Source: Patescibacteria group bacterium
GTDB taxonomy: Bacteria; Patescibacteriota; Minisyncoccia; Phycocordibacterales; BOKC01
DNA: 64,000 bases
Direction: 5' to 3'
NCBI GenBank assembly: GCA_038062955.1
Contig: JBBTWE010000001.1
Span: 453,640-517,639 of the forward strand
This document shows positions 9,335 through 20,381 of this stretch, one piece after another; the stretch's first letter is position 1, and each line of letters starts with the position of its first letter. The translations under genes were made by a program, and so were the position numbers. The notes under the pieces were generated by a model. That model had not been told where the DNA came from, ran no database searches, and saw nothing but the letters and a program-made list of their open reading frames with translations.

Positions 9335-9525
9335 ATCCGACGCATCTCTGCGTTACTTCGCTCCGAGCCTCCCTCAACGTATCATTAAATACGTCTCGGT
9401 ATGGTTCTGATTTCTACACCATAGAAATCATGTCGGGAGATTTTTTATCACGAAGTGATATAAAATTTCCGACTCGCTTGCGCCTTGATCTGCATTCGGC
9501 TCTGTAAGTCCTAAAAGTTAGTTTA
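9335..9525 (+). repeat. Dispersed intergenic repeat family, copy B (longest form, carries all modules)
   Basis: Contains the ccgacgcatctc start, the cttcgctccgagcctccctc...cgtctcggtatggttc hairpin module, the gaaatcatgtcgg...tatcacgaagtgata...ccgactcg module and the gcgccttgatctgcattc tail. Confidence 0.85.
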
Positions 9526-9582
9526 AGGTTTTTAAAGAGATTTAGGTCAAATTATAGCACAAAAACGAGTAGAAAGTTGTAC

Positions 9583-9602
9583 CTGCCTGCCGGCAGGCAG
9601 GA
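9583..9602. repeat. Perfect 20-bp palindrome cctgcctgccggcaggcagg
   Basis: Read directly from the sequence. Sits just downstream of repeat copy B. Confidence 0.9.
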
Positions 9603-9624
9603 AGTAAAAAGTGTAAAGTCAGTT

Positions 9625-9672
9625 CTAAATATAAATAAAGGGCGACCATGGCTGTTTTTGCCTTGGTCGCCC
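9625..9672 (-). terminator. Intrinsic terminator for the 9704-10162 gene
   Basis: On the minus strand, gggcgacc...ggtcgccc stem followed by a T-rich run. Confidence 0.6.
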
Positions 9673-9703
9673 CTCGTTGTGTGTGCTCATCGATCGCAAC
9701 TTG

Positions 9704-10162
9704 CTACCTTGGCAAGCCAACAAGCCACACGTCTTCGTTGTACCAATCGTCACTAGAGCCAGCGCGTACGTGAACGCAACGCTCTCCCGTAAGCACATCG
9801 AAGATCAGGAAACACCATTCGCCATTCTCATTCTGCCAATGAGTAGCATGGAAATGAGTACCGACAAGGGCATCGACTTCAATCGCGGCCATGAGAGAGT
9901 ATGGGTCGGCAGGCTTAAGACCCTCCTGCCAGAACGCTTCCTGGAGATCGGTGTCCGAGATGCGACCCCGCTTAGGCAGATTGGGCTTAAAGAAAATGAC
10001 TGTAACGGGATCCCACATGCCACGGGGCATTGTATCCATCACATCATCATCAACGTACTGCAAACACTTCGTTGCACTGAGGGCTTCTTGGGGAGAACGG
10101 GAACGATCCACCTGGACACGACGAAGGATTCTATTACCAGACTGAGCAAACGGTTGAGACAT
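9704..10162 (-). CDS. GC-rich hypothetical protein, about 152 aa, likely horizontally acquired
   Basis: About 52% GC against roughly 30% genome background. RBS ggaggtg before ATG (MSQPFAQSG...). Terminator downstream. HFHATHW motif. No family recognised. Confidence 0.6.
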   Translation of the reverse strand: MSQPFAQSGNRILRRVQVDRSRSPQEALSATKCLQYVDDDVMDTMPRGMWDPVTVIFFKPNLPKRGRISDTDLQEAFWQEGLKPADPYSLMAAIEVDALVGTHFHATHWQNENGEWCFLIFDVLTGERCVHVRAGSSDDWYNEDVWLVGLPR

Positions 10163-10546
10163 GACACACCTCCTCGATGTGTTGGAATTGGATTTGTGAC
10201 TTAGCGAAGTTGTCTGCCTCATCGGCAGATAAACTTTGCCACAGCAGGAGATAGCCCTGTAAAATTGATTCAGGATTCATGAAGCATGATTCAAGAATAA
10301 ATACAGAGCGAGCATCTGCTGTGGCAAAACCCTAGGAAAACGGGCAAGTCAGTGAGTTTTTAATGAACAATTTTCTGCGTCTAGCATACACATATTCGTG
10401 TATTTTGTCAATAATCAATGCGCCTGCCTCACCCTACACAACATAATAGAAAGAGACTAGCGAGCGCGGCGGCGCAAGCTCGAGGAATTTTCTAGCAAGA
10501 AAATATCCGTGCTCTTTCTGTTATGTTGTGTGGGGGTGGGACAAAA

Positions 10547-12335
<1,789 letters not shown>

Positions 12336-12366
12336 TATCAAATTTGTATCTCTTTCGACTAGTCCG

Positions 12367-12720
12367 TTATTTTATAATAGCGAGTATGCTTTCTTCTTTA
12401 AGAATATAGAGTTCTTCGCCTTCAACCTTAACCTCATCAAAACCATATTTAGAAAACAATACCCGGTCACCCACTTTTATTCTGATTGGAATGAGTTTAC
12501 CGTCTTCATACTTTCCCTCACCTACAGCAAGTACTTCACCTTGTTCTGGCTTCTCCTTATCTATTGTATCGGGAATTATAATTCCATACTGATTTTTCTT
12601 AGATAAATCAGAAGAAGAAAAAGGTTTGACCAAAATTCTGTCTTGAAGCGGCACAATCTTATGAGCTTTTTTTGTTTCGATTGCAGGACTTGATATTTTG
12701 GGGTTTTGTTTCCTTATCAT
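12367..12720 (-). CDS. groES: Co-chaperonin GroES with an unusual N-terminal extension of about 20 aa
   Basis: IVPLQDRILVKP...GEVLAVGEG...VGDRVLFSKY is canonical GroES. The ORF begins 20 codons further upstream (MIRKQNPKISSPAIETKKAHK). A GTG/ATT alternative start near IVPL is possible. Confidence 0.85.
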   Translation of the reverse strand: MIRKQNPKISSPAIETKKAHKIVPLQDRILVKPFSSSDLSKKNQYGIIIPDTIDKEKPEQGEVLAVGEGKYEDGKLIPIRIKVGDRVLFSKYGFDEVKVEGEELYILKEESILAIIK

Positions 12721-12751
12721 AAATATTTAACGATTGTAAATAATAAAAGAA

Positions 12752-12864
12752 AAATTTAAAAACTTTCAGATTTGAGCGCGGTTTTAACGAGTCAGAAATT
12801 TTATATCACTTCGTGATAAAAAATCTTCCGACATGATTTTTGTGGTGCAAAAATCAGAAATGTG
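12752..12864 (-). repeat. Dispersed intergenic repeat family, copy D (inverted relative to copy C, upstream of groES)
   Basis: Reverse complement is about 95% identical to copy C. Confidence 0.85.
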
Positions 12865-13004
12865 CCAAATGAGGAAGTTTTTTGGGGTGGACGTATTATA
12901 GAGGAATTAAAAACAGTAAGTCAACAAAAGAAGATTCCACTAGAGTTTATAGATTTTTATCTAGGTCATATAAAACGATAACTCCACTGACTACCACGGT
13001 CATC

Positions 13005-13033
13005 TTGTCAAAAACACCCTAATCGGCTAGAAT
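13005..13033 (+). promoter_or_regulatory. Sigma-70-like promoter TTGTCA-N17-TAGAAT upstream of secG
   Basis: Hexamers with 17-nt spacing, about 10 nt before the secG start. Confidence 0.5.
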
Positions 13034-13041
13034 ATCGGAAT

Positions 13042-13278
13042 ATGAATTTTATCGCAAACACCCTGCCTTTTTTCCAAATTATTCTATCTATTGCCTTAAT
13101 AGCCTTGATTCTCTTACAGAGATCAGAGGCTGGAGTTGGAGGAACTTTCGGAGGCGGTGAAGGAGGATCTGGCCACTTCGCTAGACGAGGAATGGAAAAA
13201 ATTCTATTTAACAGCACGGTAATTGTTGCTTTGCTTTTCGCCCTGTCTTCTTTTCTAGCTTTTTACTTTGGAGCGTAA
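13042..13278 (+). CDS. secG: Preprotein translocase subunit SecG
   Basis: Two TM helices flanking a glycine-rich loop (LLQRSEAGVGGTFGGGEGGSGHFARRG). Confidence 0.8.
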   Translation: MNFIANTLPFFQIILSIALIALILLQRSEAGVGGTFGGGEGGSGHFARRGMEKILFNSTVIVALLFALSSFLAFYFGA

Positions 13279-13380
13279 TCATTTGAGCTCAATCTCAAAT
13301 CATAGACTTAAATATCGATTGTTAAAAAAACTCTTAATTCTTGTAATATAAAAGTTGCTAATTTACGAAAAGAATATTAG

Positions 13381-15231
13381 GTGTTTTATATTCGTGTCAT
13401 TCGAATGCATTCGTATATTGGTGTCGCACTCATCATGGAAGAACTAAATCAGGATTTTTATCCAAAATTCGACAACACAAATTCTTTTTCAAATAAAAAA
13501 TCAAAAAGATGGCTTGGCCGTCTTGATTCAAGATTGAAAAAAATTCTTTCCAACTTATCAATTGTGGAGAGTTTTATTTTTTATTTATTTGTCGTTTTGT
13601 TTGCTTTCTCGGGGTTGTTTATGTTTTTTCAGTTAAATAACGTTTTCATGACGGAAGTTCCTGCTAAAAGAGGTTCTATAACTGAAGGTGTGATTGGCTA
13701 TCCTCGAGCAATCAATCCCCTTCTCGCGAGCGACTCCTCCGAAGCAGATAAAGATTTGGTGCTTTTAGTTTATTCCGGACTTCTCAAGGCGACCCCGGAA
13801 GGCGACCTGATCTCTGATCTAGCCGAGAGTTACAAAATTTCTAAAGACGGTTTAACGTATAGTTTTAAACTTAAAGATGATATCTATTTTCATGATGGCG
13901 TTGCAATCAAAACGGCAGATGTAAAATTTACAATTGAAAAAGCTCAAGACCCTTTAACTAAGAGTTCGGAAAGAATTAATTGGGACGGAGTACAAGTTAA
14001 GATATTGAATGACAAAGAATTGGACCTCGTCTTACCTCAAGCTTATGCCCCGTTTTTGGAAAATGCCACTCTCGGAATACTCCCTAAACACTTATGGGAA
14101 AATCTTGATGCAAATCAATTTGCTCTAAGTCCATTAAATTTGGAACCAATAGGATCTGGCCCTTATAAAGTTGAAAATATAAGAAGAGACAGAGACGGAC
14201 TCCCAATTTATTATTCTCTTGGATCATTCAAAAAATATGCCCTTGGACAACCTAATATTAAAGACATTTATCTAAAATTCTTTCTTAATGAAGAGAATTT
14301 GATTTTGGCATTTGAAGATGGACAGATAGAAAACATAAACAGCATTTCGCCGGGAAAAGCATTATCTCTTAAAAAAGATGGCTTTGAAATAAAACGCGCA
14401 ACCCTTTCAAGAATTTTTGGAGTATTTTTCAACCAAAGCCAAGCTCCAATATTCACCAACAAAGAAGTTCGCAAAGCTTTGGAAATGTCTGTCGACAAGA
14501 ATGCTTTAATCGCAAAAGTTTTAGCTGGTTATGGAAAACCAGTATCAAGCCCAGTCCCAATACAGTACCAATTGGTAAAAGAAAAGGAAGATACGCAATC
14601 AATTGAAGAAAGATTGAGTGAGGCAAGATTGATTCTTCAAAACGGCGGTTGGAAATTTGACGACGATAAAAAGCTTTGGACGAAGAAAGTGAAAGACGAA
14701 GAACTTGAACTAAGTTTTTCAATTTCAACAGCTGATACGCCTGATCTCAAAGCGGCCGCGCAGATCATAAAAGATAATTGGGAAAGTTTAGGCGCCAAGG
14801 TAGATGTTAAGGTTTTTGATTTAAGCGATCTAAAACAAAATATAATAAGGCCACGCAAATACGAAGCATTGCTTTTTGGTACAGTCATCGGACGCGATTT
14901 GGATTTATATCCATTCTGGCACTCATCACAGAGAAACGATCCGGGACTCAATATTGCGCTTTATGTAAACAAGGAAGCCGATAAAGTTTTAGAAGGGATT
15001 AGACAACTGACCGACAAAACACTCCGACTTCAAAAATACGCTGAATTTGGAAAGATGATCGAAGAGGATACACCTGCTGTCTTCATTTATTCTCCCGAAT
15101 TTATTTATTTAGTGCCAAATAGAATTAAAGATATTAAACTTGATTTTTTGACCACTTCAAGTGAAAGATTTTTAAACATTGAAGATTGGTATGTGGAAAC
15201 AGATAAGGTGTGGAAAATATTCGCAAACTAA
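13381..15231 (+). CDS. ABC transporter substrate-binding protein, family 5 (peptide/nickel type), membrane-anchored
   Basis: N-terminal TM segment and SBP_bac_5-like architecture. Start could be the internal M at 13435. Confidence 0.7.
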   Translation: MFYIRVIRMHSYIGVALIMEELNQDFYPKFDNTNSFSNKKSKRWLGRLDSRLKKILSNLSIVESFIFYLFVVLFAFSGLFMFFQLNNVFMTEVPAKRGSITEGVIGYPRAINPLLASDSSEADKDLVLLVYSGLLKATPEGDLISDLAESYKISKDGLTYSFKLKDDIYFHDGVAIKTADVKFTIEKAQDPLTKSSERINWDGVQVKILNDKELDLVLPQAYAPFLENATLGILPKHLWENLDANQFALSPLNLEPIGSGPYKVENIRRDRDGLPIYYSLGSFKKYALGQPNIKDIYLKFFLNEENLILAFEDGQIENINSISPGKALSLKKDGFEIKRATLSRIFGVFFNQSQAPIFTNKEVRKALEMSVDKNALIAKVLAGYGKPVSSPVPIQYQLVKEKEDTQSIEERLSEARLILQNGGWKFDDDKKLWTKKVKDEELELSFSISTADTPDLKAAAQIIKDNWESLGAKVDVKVFDLSDLKQNIIRPRKYEALLFGTVIGRDLDLYPFWHSSQRNDPGLNIALYVNKEADKVLEGIRQLTDKTLRLQKYAEFGKMIEEDTPAVFIYSPEFIYLVPNRIKDIKLDFLTTSSERFLNIEDWYVETDKVWKIFAN

Positions 15232-15322
15232 ACAGATTCAAGAATAGAAATAAATTACTTTACTTTATTAAACTTTTTCAACTTATAAAACTAATTAAAC
15301 TTATCAGAATTAACAAACTAAA

Positions 15323-17215
15323 ATGATTAATAGAAACGAAACAAACACAACGCCCATTGTGGTGAAAACAAAAAGAGAAGAGAGATTACCAACTAGCCAC
15401 AGCTCGCACCCACGCCGTCCACGCAGTGGCGGAAGTGGTGGTGGTAGAAGAAAAATGGGACGAAGTCAGAGAAGACCGAGCGACTTTAGACCATCTGAAG
15501 AGAGCCAAAAACGTCGAAGAGAAACGGCTGATATTCCCTCTCCAGGCGACAATATCAGGATTATTCCTCTTGGTGGCGTGGAAGAAGTCGGAAAGAATAT
15601 GACCGCAATAGAGTACAAAGATGACATTATTATAATGGACTGCGGTTTGCAGTTTAAAGATACTGACACACCTGGCATTGATTACATTATTCCCAATGTT
15701 AAATATCTAATCGAACGAAAACATAAAATTCGCGGTATTTTTATCACCCACGGACATTTGGATCATATCGGAGGAATCCCTTACGTGATTGCCCAACTTG
15801 GAAACCCACCGGTATATTCTCGAGAATTCGGAGCGCTTATGATCAGAAAACGCCACGAAGAATTTCCTCATCTACCACAGATCGATATGAGAATTCTGCA
15901 AGAAAACGAAAAGATTCTTATTGGTAAAAACTTTAAGATAGAAACTTTTGCGATTTCACACACAATCCCAGACACAGTTGGCTTCGTTATTGAAACTGCT
16001 ATCGGAAAAATTGTCTTTATCGAAGACGTGCGAGTAGACAATGTTGCTGGAGTACCGACAGAAGAAGAAGTGGAACAATATCAAAGATTTAAAGGAGAAA
16101 AGATATTGTTTTTGACTATGGATTCCACGTCTGTTGAAAAGCCGGGGTTCTCTATCTCGGAGGACGTTGTCGTAAAAAATATTGAGAAAATAATAAAAGA
16201 AGCTCCTGGTAGGCTTGTCATAGGCACTTTTGCTTCCCAAGTGGAAAGAATAATAAGCATTATCGACATATCAGAAAAATATGGAAAGAAAGTGGCGGTT
16301 GAAGGCCGAAGCATGAAGAATAATTTGGAGATTATAAAACAATTAAATCTTCTCAAAGATACCAAAAATCTTATCGGGGTTAATGAGATAAATGATTTTC
16401 CTCCTTCAAAAATCGTCATGATTACAACTGGCGCTCAAGGTGAAGAATATGCCGCCCTTATGAGAATCGCCAATAAAACTCATAAAGGAATCACTCTCAA
16501 CAAAACTGACACGGTGTTGCTTTCATCGTCTGTTATTCCTGGAAACGAATATGCGATTACCAAACTCAAAGACAATCTTTACAGATCAGAAGCAAAAATA
16601 ATCACTTACAGAGATTCAGATATCCACGCTTCGGGACACGGAAATAGAGAAGAATTGGGTTGGATTCATGAGCAGATAGATTATAAATTTTTCATGCCTG
16701 TTCACGGACATCACTTTATGCTCCGCCAACACGCTGAATTATCGGAATCATTAGGCACTCCACGAGAAAATATAGTCATTCCAGATAACGGTTCTATTAT
16801 AGAAATTTCAGCTGACGGACAAAAAATAAAAATCTTAAAAGAAAAAGCTCCTTCAAGCATGATGACGGTTGACGGGTTTTCTATTGGAGATGTTCAGGAG
16901 GTTGTTATTAGAGACAGAAAAATGCTCGCCGAAGATGGAATGTTTGTTATTATCGCAAGCATCAATGCTAAAACAGGTAAACTCAAAAAATCTCCTGACA
17001 TTATCTCAAGAGGATTCGTTTATCTTCGTGAATCCCAAGACCTACTCCAACAGACCAGAATTATAATCAAGAAGACTGTTGAGGACACGATTGCTGGTAT
17101 GAATCCAATCAATTTTGATTTTGTAAAATCAAATGTTACAGAAAATGTCACCAAATTCTTATTCCAAAAAACCGCCAAGCATCCAGTGGTTATACCTGTA
17201 GTGTTAGAGATCTAA
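15323..17215 (+). CDS. rnj: Ribonuclease J (metallo-beta-lactamase/beta-CASP) with Arg-rich N-terminal extension
   Basis: HGHLDHIGG motif, beta-CASP and C-terminal domain order. Low-complexity, R-rich N-terminal region of about 70 aa. Confidence 0.85.
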   Translation: MINRNETNTTPIVVKTKREERLPTSHSSHPRRPRSGGSGGGRRKMGRSQRRPSDFRPSEESQKRRRETADIPSPGDNIRIIPLGGVEEVGKNMTAIEYKDDIIIMDCGLQFKDTDTPGIDYIIPNVKYLIERKHKIRGIFITHGHLDHIGGIPYVIAQLGNPPVYSREFGALMIRKRHEEFPHLPQIDMRILQENEKILIGKNFKIETFAISHTIPDTVGFVIETAIGKIVFIEDVRVDNVAGVPTEEEVEQYQRFKGEKILFLTMDSTSVEKPGFSISEDVVVKNIEKIIKEAPGRLVIGTFASQVERIISIIDISEKYGKKVAVEGRSMKNNLEIIKQLNLLKDTKNLIGVNEINDFPPSKIVMITTGAQGEEYAALMRIANKTHKGITLNKTDTVLLSSSVIPGNEYAITKLKDNLYRSEAKIITYRDSDIHASGHGNREELGWIHEQIDYKFFMPVHGHHFMLRQHAELSESLGTPRENIVIPDNGSIIEISADGQKIKILKEKAPSSMMTVDGFSIGDVQEVVIRDRKMLAEDGMFVIIASINAKTGKLKKSPDIISRGFVYLRESQDLLQQTRIIIKKTVEDTIAGMNPINFDFVKSNVTENVTKFLFQKTAKHPVVIPVVLEI

Positions 17216-17291
17216 AATAATTATCAATTATCAATGTACAATTACCAATCAAGCCTCAAACTCCAATTATCAAACGGTTGAAAATTGGTTA

Positions 17292-18539
17292 TTGATAATT
17301 GAAAATTTACCTATGGACCTCAAACCAATTAATATAACACCTAAAAGATCTTCTAAATCTCTGCTTTTCGTCTACCTGGCAAACTTATTCCTGTCTTTTC
17401 ATTTATATCTCATTCTCTACATAAACTCTTCGTTTTTGGAAAAGTTTTTTTCGTCCACAGCTTTAAGTTGGGTCTATATAGTGGGATCGATTTTAAACTT
17501 AATCCTCCTCCTTGCGGCGCCGAGATTGATTAAAAAAATAGGAATTTACAGCCTGACCATTCTGTTTATTGTTCTTGAAGGATTAGCTATTTTTGGTTTA
17601 AGTCTGGCTCAAACTCCAGCTCTTATCGCATGCCTCTCTGTCCTTCATTTGGCTGTAATCGCAATGATATTTTTTGGCCTAGATATTTTTCTGGAAGAAT
17701 ATTCCCCTCTCGACGAAACCAAAACTGGCAGTATTCGTGGAACATTCCTTACGATTTCAAACGTTACGCTTGTGATCGCTCCTATGATTGCGGGATTTAT
17801 TTTGGTAAACGGAGATTTCTCAAAAATTTATCTGACTTCTTTTCTCTTTCTCATTCCCTTGCTTCTTACTTTAATTATTGGCCTTAGAAATAACGCGGAT
17901 AAAATTCCCGCTCCTTTGCAAAACAAAATAAGTTTTAAAAATTCAATACAGAATATTCTACACAATAAAAATCTCCACGGAATTTTTATGGTTCAATTTA
18001 TTTTGCAATTTTTTTACGCATGGATGGTTATTTATGTACCAATCCATCTTCACCAAAATCTAGGATTCTCTTGGCCAAATATCGGTTTAATTTTTACTAT
18101 AATGCTTTTGCCATTCGTGTTGTTTGAACTGCCGATAGGAAAATTGGAAGATAAAAAATTAGGAGAAAAAGAAGTGATGATTTTAGGATTTATTATTACT
18201 GCTCTTTCTGTTGCTTTTATTCCCTTTCTTAAAGAAGCTAGCTTAATTATCTGGGCCATTCTTTTATTTATTACTCGTACAGGAGCAAGTTTTATTGAAA
18301 TTTCTGCAGAAAGCTATTTTTTCAAACATGTAAACTCAACTAATGCTGACACTATAAGTCTCTTTAGAATGACGAGACCGTTGTCTTTCATAATAGCTCC
18401 TGCTATCGCCGCTTCAACTTTATTCTTGCTAAATTATTTAAAACTAGGTTACGGCCTGTCATTTATAATTCTTTCAATAATTGTTTTTTATGGAATCCGT
18501 TATAGTTTGATGATTACAAATACAAAAAACGAGAAATAA
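17292..18539 (+). CDS. MFS transporter
   Basis: Twelve predicted TM segments with an MFS-like loop pattern. Confidence 0.7.
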   Translation: MIIENLPMDLKPINITPKRSSKSLLFVYLANLFLSFHLYLILYINSSFLEKFFSSTALSWVYIVGSILNLILLLAAPRLIKKIGIYSLTILFIVLEGLAIFGLSLAQTPALIACLSVLHLAVIAMIFFGLDIFLEEYSPLDETKTGSIRGTFLTISNVTLVIAPMIAGFILVNGDFSKIYLTSFLFLIPLLLTLIIGLRNNADKIPAPLQNKISFKNSIQNILHNKNLHGIFMVQFILQFFYAWMVIYVPIHLHQNLGFSWPNIGLIFTIMLLPFVLFELPIGKLEDKKLGEKEVMILGFIITALSVAFIPFLKEASLIIWAILLFITRTGASFIEISAESYFFKHVNSTNADTISLFRMTRPLSFIIAPAIAASTLFLLNYLKLGYGLSFIILSIIVFYGIRYSLMITNTKNEK

Positions 18540-18686
18540 AAACACCGTGTTCAGGAGGCCCCCATGAACACGGTGTCGAGCACGTAATTAGCGTGCCAAA
18601 GAACGAGAATGCCCGCCCCCTCTTGAAGGAAGGGCATCCAGACCACTAATATAGTAAACCTGTCCCTATAATTAAACAAGCTCTGA
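18540..18686 (+). other. GC-rich structured 3'UTR segment / candidate small RNA
   Basis: 12-bp perfect stem aacaccgtgttca...tgaacacggtgt, second hairpin atgccc...gggcat. No ORF. Bounded by the bidirectional terminator. Confidence 0.4.
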
Positions 18687-18716
18687 AAAATCCACCTGTT
18701 TCGGTGGATTTTTTCT
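18686..18716. terminator. Bidirectional intrinsic terminator (aaatccacc-tgtttc-ggtggattt flanked by A-run and T-run)
   Basis: Serves the convergent MFS (+) and YtxH-like (-) genes. Confidence 0.75.
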
Positions 18717-18744
18717 CTGTAACCTACCTTGAATTACTGGGATG

Positions 18745-19155
18745 TTATTTTTTCTTGCTTGATTTTACTTTCTTCGCACCGCCCAAATTGGCTTCTTTTT
18801 TCATATCCTCCCAACCACCCTTTAGAGTTTTTTTTACAACTTCTATTTCTGCCTGACTCAAATCTTTAATTTGATTAAACTTTTCTGAAACTTCATCCAC
18901 CACCTTATCGTAAACTTCTTTATTTATATCTTTTAAGCTTTCAAGTTTTTGGATTATCTCGTCTTTTAGTGTAGACACCCAATCTTTAATTTTTTTCCTC
19001 TCTTCTTTTCCCTTCTTAGTGCCATAAAGAAAAACGAGTAAGGCTGCTCCTGCTGCAGTAATTCCCATGACAACTCCTTTAGATAAAAAACTGTTATTTT
19101 TATTATTTTTCATATTTTTTCTTTGAGAATTAATTAAACATTCATAACTATTCAC
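18745..19155 (-). CDS. YtxH-like (DUF948) protein
   Basis: N-terminal hydrophobic segment GVVMGITAAGAALLVFLYG followed by a K/E-rich coiled coil. Probable start at the internal MKNNKNN. Confidence 0.55.
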   Translation of the reverse strand: MNSYECLINSQRKNMKNNKNNSFLSKGVVMGITAAGAALLVFLYGTKKGKEERKKIKDWVSTLKDEIIQKLESLKDINKEVYDKVVDEVSEKFNQIKDLSQAEIEVVKKTLKGGWEDMKKEANLGGAKKVKSSKKK

Positions 19156-19468
19156 TCGGCTCGGTTTTTTCTCGAGTGGTTTTACCGTTGTTTTTTCTGG
19201 CCCGTTTTTTGTTATTAGGTAAAATCAAACTTAAAAGTGCTCTCCATTTGCTTACAAAGGCTTGCCCACCCTCTTTTAAATTCGATCGAAAATCCCGGAC
19301 ATTATTTATAATTTCCTCACCCTCTTTTTTGACATGTTTCACTAATCCAAAAACATCTCGAAGAATTCGAAGAAGATAGATAAGAACCGCAATCAAAACA
19401 CCCGACACTAAGATTACAGCGATTGTCGTAATAAAGAAAAAAATATCGGCTTTCATTAAAGATTCCAT
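19148..19468 (-). CDS. Small membrane protein (DUF948-like), overlaps the start of the YtxH-like gene
   Basis: Single N-terminal TM helix and a charged C-terminus. 8-nt overlap suggests translational coupling. Confidence 0.5.
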   Translation of the reverse strand: MESLMKADIFFFITTIAVILVSGVLIAVLIYLLRILRDVFGLVKHVKKEGEEIINNVRDFRSNLKEGGQAFVSKWRALLSLILPNNKKRARKNNGKTTREKTEPSE

Positions 19469-19471
19469 AAA

Positions 19472-20203
19472 TTATATATTAGCCATACAGCTTTTAAATG
19501 CTGATGTTTCTGTCCAGCCACACTTTCCATTTGTTTGTCTTTCACACACCGCCTCCTTATAACAAGCGTACTCTGGCAAAAATTCACAAGTACTCATAAC
19601 GTTTTCATCTGAACAAATCTGCCCACTACACCCTGTCGGTTTGCATTCTTTGAGTGAGACATTATTAGATTTAAATTTAACTGGTATTTCCAATTTATTA
19701 TCATATTCTGGAAGCCCCGATGGATTATCTTTTTCTAGGACCAAAACCCCACTCGTTCCCGTACCAGCATTAAAATTAATCGTTGCGGTAAAAGGCACAA
19801 AATCTTCCGTCATCCATTCCCCTTCCGCTTGCGCGATTCCACTCCCCAAAACTTCCCCACTTAAACTTTTTATTTTCACAGGAAAACTGGCTTCAAAAAA
19901 CCAATATCCTCGAGCTTCCCCTTTTATCACAAGAGGGCTCGTTACCACACTATTCTGTGTTGGAGTTTCCACAACAATCAAATCTTCTTTGCTATTTACG
20001 TTCCCGATTTCCTCGACAAAATTTCTACCATCTGGCGTTTTACACTGTCTTGGATAGGATTCCATTATCGGGAATCCATTATCTGCGCATTCCTGAAAAC
20101 TGTTTATTTTTGCAACTGCCCCATTATCTCTAAAATAAAATATTACGAAAAACAGAACGATTAACGTAATTATAGACAGGGAAATTAAAAAGGTTTTTCT
20201 CAT
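19472..20203 (-). CDS. Secreted or membrane-anchored protein with Gmad2/GerMN-like domain and Cys-rich C-terminus
   Basis: Signal anchor MRKTFLISLSIITLIVLFFVIF. 10 Cys in the last 60 aa. Confidence 0.55.
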   Translation of the reverse strand: MRKTFLISLSIITLIVLFFVIFYFRDNGAVAKINSFQECADNGFPIMESYPRQCKTPDGRNFVEEIGNVNSKEDLIVVETPTQNSVVTSPLVIKGEARGYWFFEASFPVKIKSLSGEVLGSGIAQAEGEWMTEDFVPFTATINFNAGTGTSGVLVLEKDNPSGLPEYDNKLEIPVKFKSNNVSLKECKPTGCSGQICSDENVMSTCEFLPEYACYKEAVCERQTNGKCGWTETSAFKSCMANI

Positions 20204-20320
20204 CCCGTTAGAAGCAGGTCTCGGTCACCCGATGCCCCACCAAATTTACTATTTAATTTAATAATACTTTTTCTTTGTTTAAACAAATTTTAGTGAACCG
20301 TGACCGAGGCTTCTAACGGG
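20204..20320 (-). promoter_or_regulatory. Long-stem hairpin (about 22-bp arms, about 70-nt AT-rich loop) abutting the start codon of the 19472-20203 gene
   Basis: cccgttagaagc(ag)gtctcggtcac at 20204-20228 and gtgaccgaggcttctaacggg at 20300-20320 are inverted repeats. On the mRNA the 3' arm ends 0-2 nt before the ATG. Confidence 0.5.
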
Positions 20321-20381
20321 ACTCATAACTTTATGATATGTAAGTGTTGGATAAAAATCAAACTAAAATTGCCTTTGTAAT

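Noticed and set aside
9677-10204. 175-aa plus-strand ORF overlapping the GC-rich gene
   Set aside because: The minus-strand frame has a Shine-Dalgarno site (ggaggtg) before its ATG and a downstream terminator, and the plus-strand frame has neither. High GC inflates antisense ORF length.
12720-12870. CIRCE heat-shock operator upstream of groES
   Set aside because: No TTAGCACTC-N9-GAGTGCTAA match. The palindromes present belong to the dispersed repeat.
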